Translations under genes and position numbers: made by a program | From: Acidobacteriota bacterium | GTDB lineage: Bacteria > Acidobacteriota > UBA6911 > JACQSX01 | Assembly: GCA_036507075.1 (NCBI GenBank) | Contig: DASXQR010000110.1 | Span: 1 to 36,390, forward strand | DNA: 36,390 nt | Direction of reading: 5' to 3' | The notes under the pieces: model-generated | What the model was told of the DNA's origin: nothing | The model's database searches: none | The model's input: the letters and a program-made list of their open reading frames with translations, nothing else | In this document: piece after piece, positions 9,979 to 19,344 of the stretch | How the letters are laid out: each line of letters starts with the position of its first letter | Position numbering within the stretch: position 1 is the stretch's first letter

Positions 9979-12420
9979 ATGACGAAATCGATGGTGATTG
10001 TGGAATCACCGGCAAAAGCGAAGACTATCGGCAAGTACCTCGGCGGAGATTTCATCGTCAAGGCTTCGTCCGGCCACATCAAAGATCTTCCCAAAGGAAA
10101 TCTCGGCGTCGATGTCGACAATGACTTCGAGCCCACCTACAAAATAATCCCTGGAAAAGAAAAGGTCGTCGATGAACTGAAGAAAGCAGCCAAGAGTGTG
10201 GCTGCGATTTATCTGGCGGCGGATCCGGACCGTGAAGGTGAAGCAATCTGCCAACACCTGGCCGAGATATTCCGTTCTTCCAGAAAGAGCGGTCAAAAGA
10301 TCTATCGCGTCCTTTTTAACGAGATCACCAAGAGCGCCATTCTGAGCGCGTTCGACAAACCCGGAGGAATAGACGAGAACAAAGTTGAGGCCCAACAGAC
10401 GCGCCGCATCCTGGACAGGCTGGTGGGTTACAAGATCAGTCCTCTGCTGTGGGAGAAAGTACGCCGCGGGCTCTCCGCCGGCAGGGTTCAGTCGGTGGCC
10501 CTGCGCATGATTGTCGATCGCGAACGCGAGATTCAGGCCTTCAAATCAGAAGAGTACTGGGTCTTTATCGCGAATCTGAGCGGCGAGACGCCGCCTCCGT
10601 TCGATGCGAAGGCAATCAAGCTGGATGGAAAGAAATTTCAGGTAGGCAGCCAGGAGCTCGCAGAGGAAATCGAAGCGCATCTCCGGCAGGTTTCTTTCCG
10701 CGTCAGCAGTGTCGTCGAGAAGGAAAAGAAGAAGAACCCGGTTCCCCCTTTCACCACCAGCAAGCTGCAGCAGGAAGCGGCGAGAAAGCTTCGCTTCGCT
10801 GTCAAACGTACCATGATGATTGCCCAGCGATTGTATGAAGGAATCGAAATCGGCGACGAAGGCGCGGTGGGCCTGATTACCTACATGCGCACCGACTCCA
10901 CCCGGGTGGCGGAATCCGCGCTGCAGGAAGTGCGCGGTTATGTCAAAGACCGCTACGGCGATCCGTACCTTCCCGAAAAAGCATCGCGCTACAAGAGCCA
11001 GAAAGGCGCGCAGGAAGCGCATGAAGCGATCCGGCCAACACTGGTGGAACGGACTCCGGAGAGCATTAAGAAATACCTCGATCGCGATGAGTACCGGCTT
11101 TACGACTTGATCTGGAAGCGGTTTGTGGCTTCGCAGATGCAGGGGGCGATTTTCGACCAGACCGACATTGAGATCGAAGCGGGGCGGGTGCTGTTCAAAG
11201 CTTCCGGCGCCGTTCTCAAGTTCGACGGCTTCCTCAAGGTTTATCATGAAGAAAGAGATGAAGACGCGCCGGCCGAGGCTGAGGCTCTCGACAGCGAAAA
11301 CCTGCTGCAACTACCGCTGGTGCGCGAAGGCGACGTGCTTGCGGTGAACAATTTGACAAAGGAGCAGAAGTTCACCCAGCCTCCTCCACGCTACACCGAA
11401 GCCACCCTGGTCAAGGCGCTGGAAGAAAAGGGCATCGGCAGGCCCAGTACATATGCCCAGATCGTCAACGTCATTCAGAATCGCGACTACGCGAACAAAC
11501 AGGAAGGAAAATTCTTCCCCACCGAAACGGGAATAGTTGTCACCGATTTGCTGGTGCAGCATTTTAAGGAAATTCTCGATTATCAGTACACGGCGCGCAT
11601 GGAAGAAACGCTGGATGAAATCGAAGAGGGCAAAGAGGACTGGATCGCTACGCTCCGGGACTTTTACAAGGAGTTCAAGAAGGAACTTGATCTGGCGTCT
11701 CGCCGCATGCAGAACCTGAAAAAACAGGAAATCGAGACGGAAGAGATTTGCGACAAATGCGGCAACAAGATGGTCATCAAGTGGGGCCGCTTCGGCCGCT
11801 TCCTGGCCTGCAGCAATTACCCTGAGTGCAAGAACACCAAGGAACTGGAGCGCGAAGCCCGTTCTGATTCCAGCGCGCCGGAGCCCGCCATTGAAACCGA
11901 GCCGTGCGAGAAGTGCGGCCGTCCGATGGTACTAAAAAAAGGAAGATTCGGAGAGTTTTTCGCCTGCAGCGGATATCCCGAATGCCGCACCACACGCAAG
12001 ATCGTTTCCAGCGGCGGCGAGCGCCATGTCAAAATGGACGTACCCACGGGTGAGCGATGCCCCAAGTGCGGCGAAGAAATGGTGATCAAGCACGGTCGCT
12101 TCGGCGAATTCACGGCGTGCAGCAAATACCCGGACTGCCGCTACATCAAGCAGGAAACTACGGGCGTGCAATGTCCCAAGTGCAAAAAGGGCGAGTTGGT
12201 CGTCAAGAAGTCCAGGCGGGGCAAGGTGTTTTACGGCTGCAGCTCTTACCCGGAATGCGATTTCGTCCTCTGGTACAAGCCGATTGCGGTTCCATGCCCA
12301 CGCTGCGGCGAGCGCTTCCTGATCGAGCGCCAGACCAAAAAAGAAGGCCTGATCCGGTACTGCCACCGCGAGGACTGTGACTACAAAGAAGCCGTGGAAG
12401 AAGCCCCCGCCAGCGCCTGA
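9979..12420 (+). CDS. topA: DNA topoisomerase I with C-terminal zinc-ribbon repeats
   Basis: IVESPAKAKTI, DPDREGEAI, SAGRVQS, LITYMRTDS and GIGRPSTYA motifs; four C4 ribbons plus a partial fifth. Confidence 0.97.
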   Translation: MTKSMVIVESPAKAKTIGKYLGGDFIVKASSGHIKDLPKGNLGVDVDNDFEPTYKIIPGKEKVVDELKKAAKSVAAIYLAADPDREGEAICQHLAEIFRSSRKSGQKIYRVLFNEITKSAILSAFDKPGGIDENKVEAQQTRRILDRLVGYKISPLLWEKVRRGLSAGRVQSVALRMIVDREREIQAFKSEEYWVFIANLSGETPPPFDAKAIKLDGKKFQVGSQELAEEIEAHLRQVSFRVSSVVEKEKKKNPVPPFTTSKLQQEAARKLRFAVKRTMMIAQRLYEGIEIGDEGAVGLITYMRTDSTRVAESALQEVRGYVKDRYGDPYLPEKASRYKSQKGAQEAHEAIRPTLVERTPESIKKYLDRDEYRLYDLIWKRFVASQMQGAIFDQTDIEIEAGRVLFKASGAVLKFDGFLKVYHEERDEDAPAEAEALDSENLLQLPLVREGDVLAVNNLTKEQKFTQPPPRYTEATLVKALEEKGIGRPSTYAQIVNVIQNRDYANKQEGKFFPTETGIVVTDLLVQHFKEILDYQYTARMEETLDEIEEGKEDWIATLRDFYKEFKKELDLASRRMQNLKKQEIETEEICDKCGNKMVIKWGRFGRFLACSNYPECKNTKELEREARSDSSAPEPAIETEPCEKCGRPMVLKKGRFGEFFACSGYPECRTTRKIVSSGGERHVKMDVPTGERCPKCGEEMVIKHGRFGEFTACSKYPDCRYIKQETTGVQCPKCKKGELVVKKSRRGKVFYGCSSYPECDFVLWYKPIAVPCPRCGERFLIERQTKKEGLIRYCHREDCDYKEAVEEAPASA

Positions 12421-12426
12421 ATCACC

Positions 12427-12577
12427 CGTCAGTACCGCGGGCGTCAGCCCCCGCACAGCTAATCGACCACAATCTCCTTACGTCAGTACCGCGGGCGTGA
12501 GCCCGTGTCCCGGCACATAAAACCTAAGTAAATGTAACCTTGCAACCGTGCGCGGGCTGACGCCCGCGGTACTGACG
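12427..12577. repeat. REP-like cluster: two direct and one inverted copy of cgtcagtaccgcgggcgtcagccc
   Basis: Copies at 12427-12450 and 12481-12505, inverted copy at 12553-12577. Confidence 0.85.
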
Positions 12578-13542
12578 GTGCCCAGCGACACTGTCGGGGG
12601 TGGGGGGCGGTATTCGCGGATCGTAAAATGATCGACGGCATAAATTCCCGCCACGCAGACGCCGGCTAGAATGACAGCGAGAAAGCAGCGCCCCAGCCAT
12701 CCGCGGTGAAGCCACCAGTACCGTGCCGCTGCAAAAGTAAGCCAGCATTCCATGGTAAAAGGCGGGAAACCGAGGTAACCTGCGAGCGGCATTTCAAAGA
12801 TCCTCGGGAATTGAAGATACGGCAGAGAATAAACCCACTTTGCGCCTGCCCAATAATTCCAGAACTCCCAGAAAAAGCCGCAGATCAAACCGCTCGCCAG
12901 CAACAGGACAGGCGTTCGACGATTGCCAAAGAACAGGTTCGCCACCAGGTTTGTTTCTCCCAATCTTTCCATCCAGGGATCGAGAATGAATACCAGTCCC
13001 CCCCAGACGACCGGAAAGAACAGGGCGGGATACACCAGCGGCAGAATCATCATCACGATGCCGCCGATCACAGCGATGCGCGCGTAATGAGGTTTCCACG
13101 GAACCTGCGGCTTGCCTGCTTGCCTCGATTCGTCCCGGCCCGCGCCTTGGAACCGCCCTTCCAGCCAGCGGACGGTCTCAAAAACGCCAGGCAAAACCGT
13201 TCCAAAGGAGATGAAATAGCCGGGCCACCGCACAGCGCGCTCCATAGGCACGCCGCGGTAGATCCAATTGTGGAGCCGAACATTGTATAGCTCGAAAACA
13301 AACCAGAACGCCGCCGAAAAGAGAACTAGAAGGCAGTAGGCAAACGGGGCGCGAAAGAGCGATGGAAACCTGAACGACGACTCTGCGGCGCGAATCTCGT
13401 TCAAAGAGGCCAGCAGCAGAATATAGCACCACCAGGCGATGCTGTAGAAATGGGTGTAGAAGGGCTCGGTCCGATTCAACATCAGCCAGAACGAAACGAG
13501 CCACGCTATCGACGCAAGGAACGCCAAAATTCGGGGAGCCAT
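12478..13542 (-). CDS. Conserved hypothetical polytopic membrane protein
   Basis: Many Trp/Phe-rich TM segments; internal repeat W..FE.YN..L.NW.Y / WEFWNYW...KWVY..P; start chosen at MAPRILAF because the longer ORF overlaps the neighbouring peptidase. Confidence 0.7.
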   Translation of the reverse strand: MAPRILAFLASIAWLVSFWLMLNRTEPFYTHFYSIAWWCYILLLASLNEIRAAESSFRFPSLFRAPFAYCLLVLFSAAFWFVFELYNVRLHNWIYRGVPMERAVRWPGYFISFGTVLPGVFETVRWLEGRFQGAGRDESRQAGKPQVPWKPHYARIAVIGGIVMMILPLVYPALFFPVVWGGLVFILDPWMERLGETNLVANLFFGNRRTPVLLLASGLICGFFWEFWNYWAGAKWVYSLPYLQFPRIFEMPLAGYLGFPPFTMECWLTFAAARYWWLHRGWLGRCFLAVILAGVCVAGIYAVDHFTIREYRPPPPTVSLGTVSTAGVSPRTVARLHLLRFYVPGHGLTPAVLT

Positions 13543-13571
13543 AGAACGACGCAAAGTCGGAAGCGCAGCCT

Positions 13572-14798
13572 CTACTTCAATCCTGTCTTGTCGGACTTCA
13601 CCAGGCCATGCTCGCTCAAGATCTGCCGAACACGATCGAGCGGAAGCGCCTCGAGCCGGTGATTTTGAAAACCCGTCATCGTTTCGGCGCGCCACAGCGA
13701 GTTGTAAATTGCTTCCTCGGTCGCTTCGATTACGGCCTCGAACAGCGGCGAGATCGCATCGTTGGTCAGTTCTTCCATCGGCGAAACGAGCGCCTGTGTG
13801 CCATGGCGCACCCGAACGGACGCCGCAGTGCTGAACGCGATCACATAATCCCCGCTGCCGTTTCCGAAGCTGGAGCCGGTGCGAGCCATGCCCGCCACCG
13901 CGCGGCGCGCCAACCGCATCAGACTGCGATGCATCAGTGGAGCATCCGTCGCCACCACTATCATGCACGACCCGTCGGCGGTTGCCGGCGGCGAAGATTT
14001 CGGTGATCGATGGGCGGCCGCTCCCGTCGCCGTCGAACCCTTAAGGTAGTATTCACCCAATTTGATCCCGACCGGAGCGCCCAATACCTGGAGCACGCCT
14101 CCAAAGTTTGTCTGTACCAGCACTCCCACCGTGTAGCCGCCTAACCTGGAAGGCAGAACGCGGGATGAGGTTCCAATGCCTCCTTTGAAGCCGTAACACT
14201 GTGTTCCCGTGCCGGCGCCCACATTGCCTTCAGCCGGCTGTCCCGTTTTCGCGGACCGGACAGCATCAACAACATCGCTCGATCGGATTACTCGCGACCG
14301 AATGTCATTCAGGTATCCATCGTTGGTTTCACCCACCACGGCGTTTAGTGACTGCACCTTTTCATTTTCCGCCAGGGCCAGCATGTAATCCAGGATTCCC
14401 TCCATCGCCCGCGCGACAGACAGCGTATTGGTGAGCACAACGGGTGATTCCAGATTTCCCAGCTCATTCACCTGCGTGTAACCGGCCAGTTTCCCGAAAC
14501 CATTGGCCGCGTAAACAGCGGCGGGAACTTTTTCCTGAAAAAGATTGGCCCCGTGGGCCAGGACGGCTGTCACGCCCGTGCGAATCGATTCACCCTCGAT
14601 GCGGGTCACATGCCCCACCTTCACGCCGGCCACGTCGGTAATTGCGTTCCAGCGCCCTGGTTTCAAAACGCCGACGCTTATCCCCCAGTCTCGGATACGA
14701 GGTCGCTCGGCGTGGAGGAGAACCACAAAGGCACAAAGAACACAAAAAGAGACTCTCTTTGTGTTCTTTGTGCCTTTGTGGTGAAAACGCGCATTCAT
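13572..14798 (-). CDS. DmpA / peptidase S58 (P1 family) aminopeptidase
   Basis: NAITDVAGVKVGH, NGFGK, GETNDG, EGNVGAGTG, KGGIGTSSR, DG|SC autoprocessing site and GSGD. Confidence 0.92.
   Translation of the reverse strand: MNARFHHKGTKNTKRVSFCVLCAFVVLLHAERPRIRDWGISVGVLKPGRWNAITDVAGVKVGHVTRIEGESIRTGVTAVLAHGANLFQEKVPAAVYAANGFGKLAGYTQVNELGNLESPVVLTNTLSVARAMEGILDYMLALAENEKVQSLNAVVGETNDGYLNDIRSRVIRSSDVVDAVRSAKTGQPAEGNVGAGTGTQCYGFKGGIGTSSRVLPSRLGGYTVGVLVQTNFGGVLQVLGAPVGIKLGEYYLKGSTATGAAAHRSPKSSPPATADGSCMIVVATDAPLMHRSLMRLARRAVAGMARTGSSFGNGSGDYVIAFSTAASVRVRHGTQALVSPMEELTNDAISPLFEAVIEATEEAIYNSLWRAETMTGFQNHRLEALPLDRVRQILSEHGLVKSDKTGLK
14722..14782. repeat. Palindromic accacaaag-cacaaag element inside the start of the S58 peptidase gene
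   Basis: accacaaaggcacaaagaacacaaa ... tttgtgttctttgtgcctttgtggt, a near-perfect inverted repeat. Confidence 0.9.
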
Positions 14799-15715
14799 TC
14801 AGGTCTTACCCGGGGCCTGATTGTTTTTCTGAGGTTGTCTTCGACCGCAGGCAGCGTTTTGATGACCACTTCGCCCACCTGGCGCAGGCTTTCGGCACTC
14901 ACTTTGTCAAGCGTGTCGGCGGGAGTGTGCCAATACACATTGCCGGGACCGTAGTCGAAATCAATTAGATCGATAGCAGGAATGCCTTCCATGAGAAAGG
15001 GAGTGTGGTCATCCATCACATATTGAGACGCGGGTTCGAATCCGGAATAATTTCCGCGTGCTGCGGTATCCCAGAAAAGATCATTGAGCCAGCCGGTGGA
15101 AGAAGAATCGCGGCGGATGTTCAAGTTCCTGTCGCCAATCATGTCGAGCAGAATGAACGCTTTGATGCGCGATAAGTCTCCCGACCCCTTCAAGCGGCGC
15201 ACCATTTCGCGGCTGCCGTAAAGGCTGTCGAGATCGCTCCACTGCCGGATCGCCTCTTCGCCGTCAAAGAATACAAACCAGTACTGGAAGTCGGATTTCC
15301 GGGAAGCCAGTACTCCGGCCAGTTCCAGCAGTAATCCGGTGCTCGAACCGCCATCATTGGCGCCCACAAACGTAAACTGATCCGAAGTGAGAGTGTCGTA
15401 GTGACTGGCGAACACTATGACCGGATTGGCGCTGTTGCGTTGCCGCGCGATCACGTTTACCATCTTCAGAGTGCCGGCGGGAGTGATGGCGTCGAAGGTC
15501 TGATGTTCCACATCCAAGGGCCGTACCTTCAATTCGTCATCAATGTATTGCAGCGCTCTCGCATGGCCTTCGCTGCCCACCGAGCGCGGCCCGTAGGAAA
15601 CCAGCTTTTCAACATGAGAAAATGCTCTTCCCGAATCAAACGTAGTCGCTTCGGATGACGTTTTTCCGGAGCAATTGAACAAAAGAAGCAGAATCAGAGA
15701 CATGAGTTTTTTCAT
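14795..15715 (-). CDS. M28-family peptidase / glutaminyl cyclase-like, probable lipoprotein
   Basis: MKKLMSLILLLLFNC signal; SHYDT, GANDGGSS, FFDGEE, LDMIGD, DDH.PF and YWHT motifs. Confidence 0.88.
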   Translation of the reverse strand: MKKLMSLILLLLFNCSGKTSSEATTFDSGRAFSHVEKLVSYGPRSVGSEGHARALQYIDDELKVRPLDVEHQTFDAITPAGTLKMVNVIARQRNSANPVIVFASHYDTLTSDQFTFVGANDGGSSTGLLLELAGVLASRKSDFQYWFVFFDGEEAIRQWSDLDSLYGSREMVRRLKGSGDLSRIKAFILLDMIGDRNLNIRRDSSSTGWLNDLFWDTAARGNYSGFEPASQYVMDDHTPFLMEGIPAIDLIDFDYGPGNVYWHTPADTLDKVSAESLRQVGEVVIKTLPAVEDNLRKTIRPRVRPE

Positions 15716-15872
15716 CGTTCTTGCCCTCAGCCCCCATTCTGGGGGACAGACCCCTTTTGTCCCATTATCGGGAGGTTCCACTGCCAACAGTTGAATTTTA
15801 ACCCGCAGAATTTGCTATGCTAAACTCTTTTAAACCTTGCTGCCATGTCAATAAGTTGGAGGAGTCATCCTT

Positions 15873-17966
15873 ATGAAAGTCTTTGATCCTGAAAACATCA
15901 GGAATATTGCCTTTGCAGGTCATGGCGATTCCGGAAAGACCTCCCTTGTGTCAGCCATCCTTTTTTCAGCCGGGGCCGTTAACCGCCTGGGTCGCGTGGA
16001 TGACGGTACCACAGTGACCGACTATGATGATGACGAGATCGCGCGCAAGATCACCCTTCAGACAGCCCTGGCTCATTGCGAGTGGAACAAAACCAAGTTG
16101 AACTTAATCGACACTCCCGGGTACCGGGCCTTTATCCACGACGCCAAATCGGCCATGCCTGCCGCCGAAGCGGTAGCGGTTGTAATCGACGCTGTCGGCG
16201 GGGTTGAAGTGCAGACGGAGCTGGTTTGGGAATATGCCGACGAGTTCGGTCTGCCTCGAGTTATTGTGGTGAATAAGCTCGACCGCGATCGCGCCAGCTT
16301 CGATCGCACTATGCAATCGATTGAATCCACCTGGGGGCGGATCGCCATTCCGGTGCAAATTCCTATCGGTGAAGAAAAGACTTTTACCGGCATTATTGAC
16401 CTTCTTAAGAACCGGGCGTTTGTTTATCAACCGGATGGATCCGGAAGATTCAGCGAACAGGACATACCCGCCGACCAGGCGGATGAGGCGCGCTCGCGGC
16501 GCGAAAAACTGATTGAACAGGTTGCCGAATCCAACGACGACCTGATGGAAAAGTTCTTCGAAGCGGGAACGCTGACCGAAGAAGAAATTACTGTCGGTTT
16601 GAAGAAGGCAGTAAGCGAAAACAAGATAGTCCCGGTAATGGTGGCCTCGGCTTCAGGCAACGTGGGCGTCAAACAGCTTCTGGATCATCTTGTCAGTTTT
16701 GTTCCCTCCCCCCTGGAGCGAAGGCCAGTGGAAGCGACTGACCAGAAATCAAATCAGAAGATCAGCCTCAAGGTTGACGCCGGCGGGCCGCTGGCGGCTT
16801 TTGTTTTCAAGACCATTGCCGATCCGTTTGCCGGCCGGATCTCACTGCTTAAGGTCTTCAGCGGTTCGCTAAAGGCCGATGGCTCCGCTTACAACTTATC
16901 AAAGGATTCGGCTGAACGCATCGGAGCTCTGCACGTAATGCAGGGGAAATCTCATGAGAACGTCCCCGAGATCAAGGCGGGCGACATCGGGGCGGTAGCC
17001 AAGCTGAGGGATACCACCACCGGTGATTCCCTCGGAGAAAAATCGCGTCCCGTTGTTTTCCAGAAGGTCACGTTCCCGGAGCCCGCAATCAGCTTTGCCA
17101 TTGAGCCGAAGACCCGGGGGGACGAGGATAAGATCAGCAGCGCAATGGCAAAAATTCTGGAGGAAGATGGCTCGCTCCGATTTGATCGCGATCCCCAGAC
17201 CAAGGAATTCCTGCTATCAGGCTCAGGCCAGCTTCACGTCGAGGTCACTGTTGAAAAATTAAAAAAGCGTTATGGCGTTGGAGTGACGCTGAAGCCGCCA
17301 AAGGTGCCCTATCGTGAGACCATTACGGGCAAAGCCGAGGCGCAGGGCCGGCACAAAAAGCAGACCGGCGGGCACGGCCAATATGGCGATTGCTGGATCA
17401 AAATGGAGCCCCTGGCTCGCGGAGAGGGCTTTGTATTTGAGGACAAAATCTTTGGCGGCTCCATTCCCAAGAACTTTATTCCAGCCGTGGAGAAAGGAAT
17501 CATCGAATCGGCTCATCGGGGTTACCTTGCCGGCTTCCCGGTGGTCGATTTCAAGGTTATTCTGTTTGACGGCTCCTACCATGACGTCGATTCGTCGGAG
17601 TTGGCGTTTAAAATTGCCGGATCGCTCGCCTTTAAAAAAGCGATGGAACAGGCAAAGCCGGTGCTGCTGGAACCTGTGATGAACATCGAGGTTTACGCGC
17701 CGGATGAATTTGCGGGGGATCTGATGGGAGATCTGAACAGCCGTCGGGGACGGATCCAGGGAATGGATTCCAAGGGTCACAATCAGATCATTCGCGCGCA
17801 GGTTCCGATGTCAGAAATGCTCACCTATTCACCTGATCTCACCTCGATGACGGGCGGGCGCGGTAACTTTCACATGGAGTTCTCGCACTATGATCCGGTT
17901 CCGGCGCATATCGCCGCAAAGATCATCGAGGAGAACAAACGCGAACGGGAAGAAGGCGTCGCCTGA
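15873..17966 (+). CDS. fusA: Elongation factor G paralog (EF-G2-like)
   Basis: Full five-domain EF-G with DTPG, NKLD and KKQTGGHGQYG; non-canonical G1 GHGDSGKTS and RKITL; stand-alone, not in the str operon. Confidence 0.9.
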   Translation: MKVFDPENIRNIAFAGHGDSGKTSLVSAILFSAGAVNRLGRVDDGTTVTDYDDDEIARKITLQTALAHCEWNKTKLNLIDTPGYRAFIHDAKSAMPAAEAVAVVIDAVGGVEVQTELVWEYADEFGLPRVIVVNKLDRDRASFDRTMQSIESTWGRIAIPVQIPIGEEKTFTGIIDLLKNRAFVYQPDGSGRFSEQDIPADQADEARSRREKLIEQVAESNDDLMEKFFEAGTLTEEEITVGLKKAVSENKIVPVMVASASGNVGVKQLLDHLVSFVPSPLERRPVEATDQKSNQKISLKVDAGGPLAAFVFKTIADPFAGRISLLKVFSGSLKADGSAYNLSKDSAERIGALHVMQGKSHENVPEIKAGDIGAVAKLRDTTTGDSLGEKSRPVVFQKVTFPEPAISFAIEPKTRGDEDKISSAMAKILEEDGSLRFDRDPQTKEFLLSGSGQLHVEVTVEKLKKRYGVGVTLKPPKVPYRETITGKAEAQGRHKKQTGGHGQYGDCWIKMEPLARGEGFVFEDKIFGGSIPKNFIPAVEKGIIESAHRGYLAGFPVVDFKVILFDGSYHDVDSSELAFKIAGSLAFKKAMEQAKPVLLEPVMNIEVYAPDEFAGDLMGDLNSRRGRIQGMDSKGHNQIIRAQVPMSEMLTYSPDLTSMTGGRGNFHMEFSHYDPVPAHIAAKIIEENKREREEGVA

Positions 17967-17968
17967 AT

Positions 17969-18078
17969 CAGAATGCGGAGCGCGGAATGCGGAATGCGGA
18001 ATAAAAAAATGAATTGGTCTCAGGTTCCGCGGCGTGAAATGGAAATATTCCGCATTCCGCATTCCGAAATCCGCATTT
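17969..18078. repeat. Inverted heptamer arrays (gaatgcg)n ... (attccgc)n
   Basis: Facing arrays between fusA and rluD. Confidence 0.8.
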
Positions 18079-18103
18079 GAGCGCGGATCCCTCGCCCCCA
18101 TTC

Positions 18104-19048
18104 ATGCAACACCAATTGATCGTCAACGAGGAAGATGCCGGAAGCCGCCTGGATAAATTCCTTGCACACAGTCTGCAGGATTTCAGCCGTACCTTTTTTG
18201 CCCGCTTGATTGATGAGCAAAGGGTGTATGTCAATGGAGTTGCTGAAACACGGGCGCGGCGCTCTCTTAAAGCCGGCGATTCGATAAGCCTTACCATCCC
18301 TCCTCCCGAACCCTCCACGCTGCAGGCTGAAGATCTTCCCTTGGACGTGCTATACGAGGACGACTGGCTGGCCGTTGTGGTAAAAGCGGCCGGAATGACG
18401 GTTCATCCGGGAGCAGGCCGGCGCAGCGGAACACTGGCGAACGCCTTGATGCATCGCTTTGGTACGCTTTCCCGCGCGGACCCGTCTCGTCCGGGAATAG
18501 TTCACCGTCTGGACCGAGACACATCCGGGCTTCTGCTAGTTGCCAAAAACGAGCGTGCCCACCACAAACTGGCGCGCCAGTTTCAGCGGCGTGAAGTGCA
18601 GAAACACTATCTGGCGCTGGTCTATGGAACCGGCCTGGATCTGCATGGCAAGATAGAGTTGCCCGTGGGCCGCCACCCGCACCATCGAACTCGCATGGCC
18701 GTGACGCGCGCCGGACGTCCTGCCCTCACCCTGTACGATGTGCTGGAAACCTTTGCTCATTTCACCTACCTGAAAATCAACTTGAAGACCGGACGCACAC
18801 ACCAGATTCGGGTGCATCTTTCACACAAAAACCATCCTGTAGTGGGAGATGCCGTCTATGGAAGAGGCCGGCTACAGAACGTTCAGCGCCCTGAGATTGA
18901 AGGCCGGCTGCGCCAGTTCAACCGGTTATTCCTGCATGCAGCGTCCCTGAGCTTTCTTCATCCGAAGACGGGCGCGGCGATGACATTTGAGTCTCCGCTG
19001 CCGCCGGACCTTGTCGATCTGCTGGACTTTCTGAGGCGGAATGATTGA
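18104..19048 (+). CDS. rluD: RluA-family 23S rRNA pseudouridine synthase with S4 domain
   Basis: RLDKFL, VHPGAG, GIVHRLDRDTSG, TGRTHQIRVH, HPVVGD and LHA motifs. Confidence 0.9.
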   Translation: MQHQLIVNEEDAGSRLDKFLAHSLQDFSRTFFARLIDEQRVYVNGVAETRARRSLKAGDSISLTIPPPEPSTLQAEDLPLDVLYEDDWLAVVVKAAGMTVHPGAGRRSGTLANALMHRFGTLSRADPSRPGIVHRLDRDTSGLLLVAKNERAHHKLARQFQRREVQKHYLALVYGTGLDLHGKIELPVGRHPHHRTRMAVTRAGRPALTLYDVLETFAHFTYLKINLKTGRTHQIRVHLSHKNHPVVGDAVYGRGRLQNVQRPEIEGRLRQFNRLFLHAASLSFLHPKTGAAMTFESPLPPDLVDLLDFLRRND

Positions 19049-19106
19049 GCAATCTCGGTGGCCTGACTCGGCACGCGCGCAGCAAATCGACCCGTGCCTC
19101 CTCCCG

Positions 19107-19228
19107 GTCACTACCGCGTGCGTCAGCCACGCGCCGCGCATAGCGGCCGACCTGAGGCTTAAGCTCGGAACTGACGGGTCAGAGATGGCTTTGATAAGAG
19201 CGCCGCGGGCTGACGCCCCGCGGTACTG
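19107..19228. repeat. REP-like inverted pair (gtcactaccgcgtgcgtcagcc ... gggctgacgccccgcggtactg)
   Basis: Same family as 12427-12577. Confidence 0.7.
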
Positions 19229-19344
19229 TAAGAGGCAGAGGTGGCTCGGCTTCTTGGTTCCGACTTACAGCGGGCTGTACCTCGGAGGTGAATGTAATGC
19301 GCTCGTTGCGGCTCTGTATTCGAACGCCCTGAATGGTAAAATAG

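Noticed and set aside
13543..13968. N-terminal 142 aa of the 496-aa ORF
   Set aside because: Overlaps the S58 peptidase in another frame; the membrane protein plausibly starts at 13542
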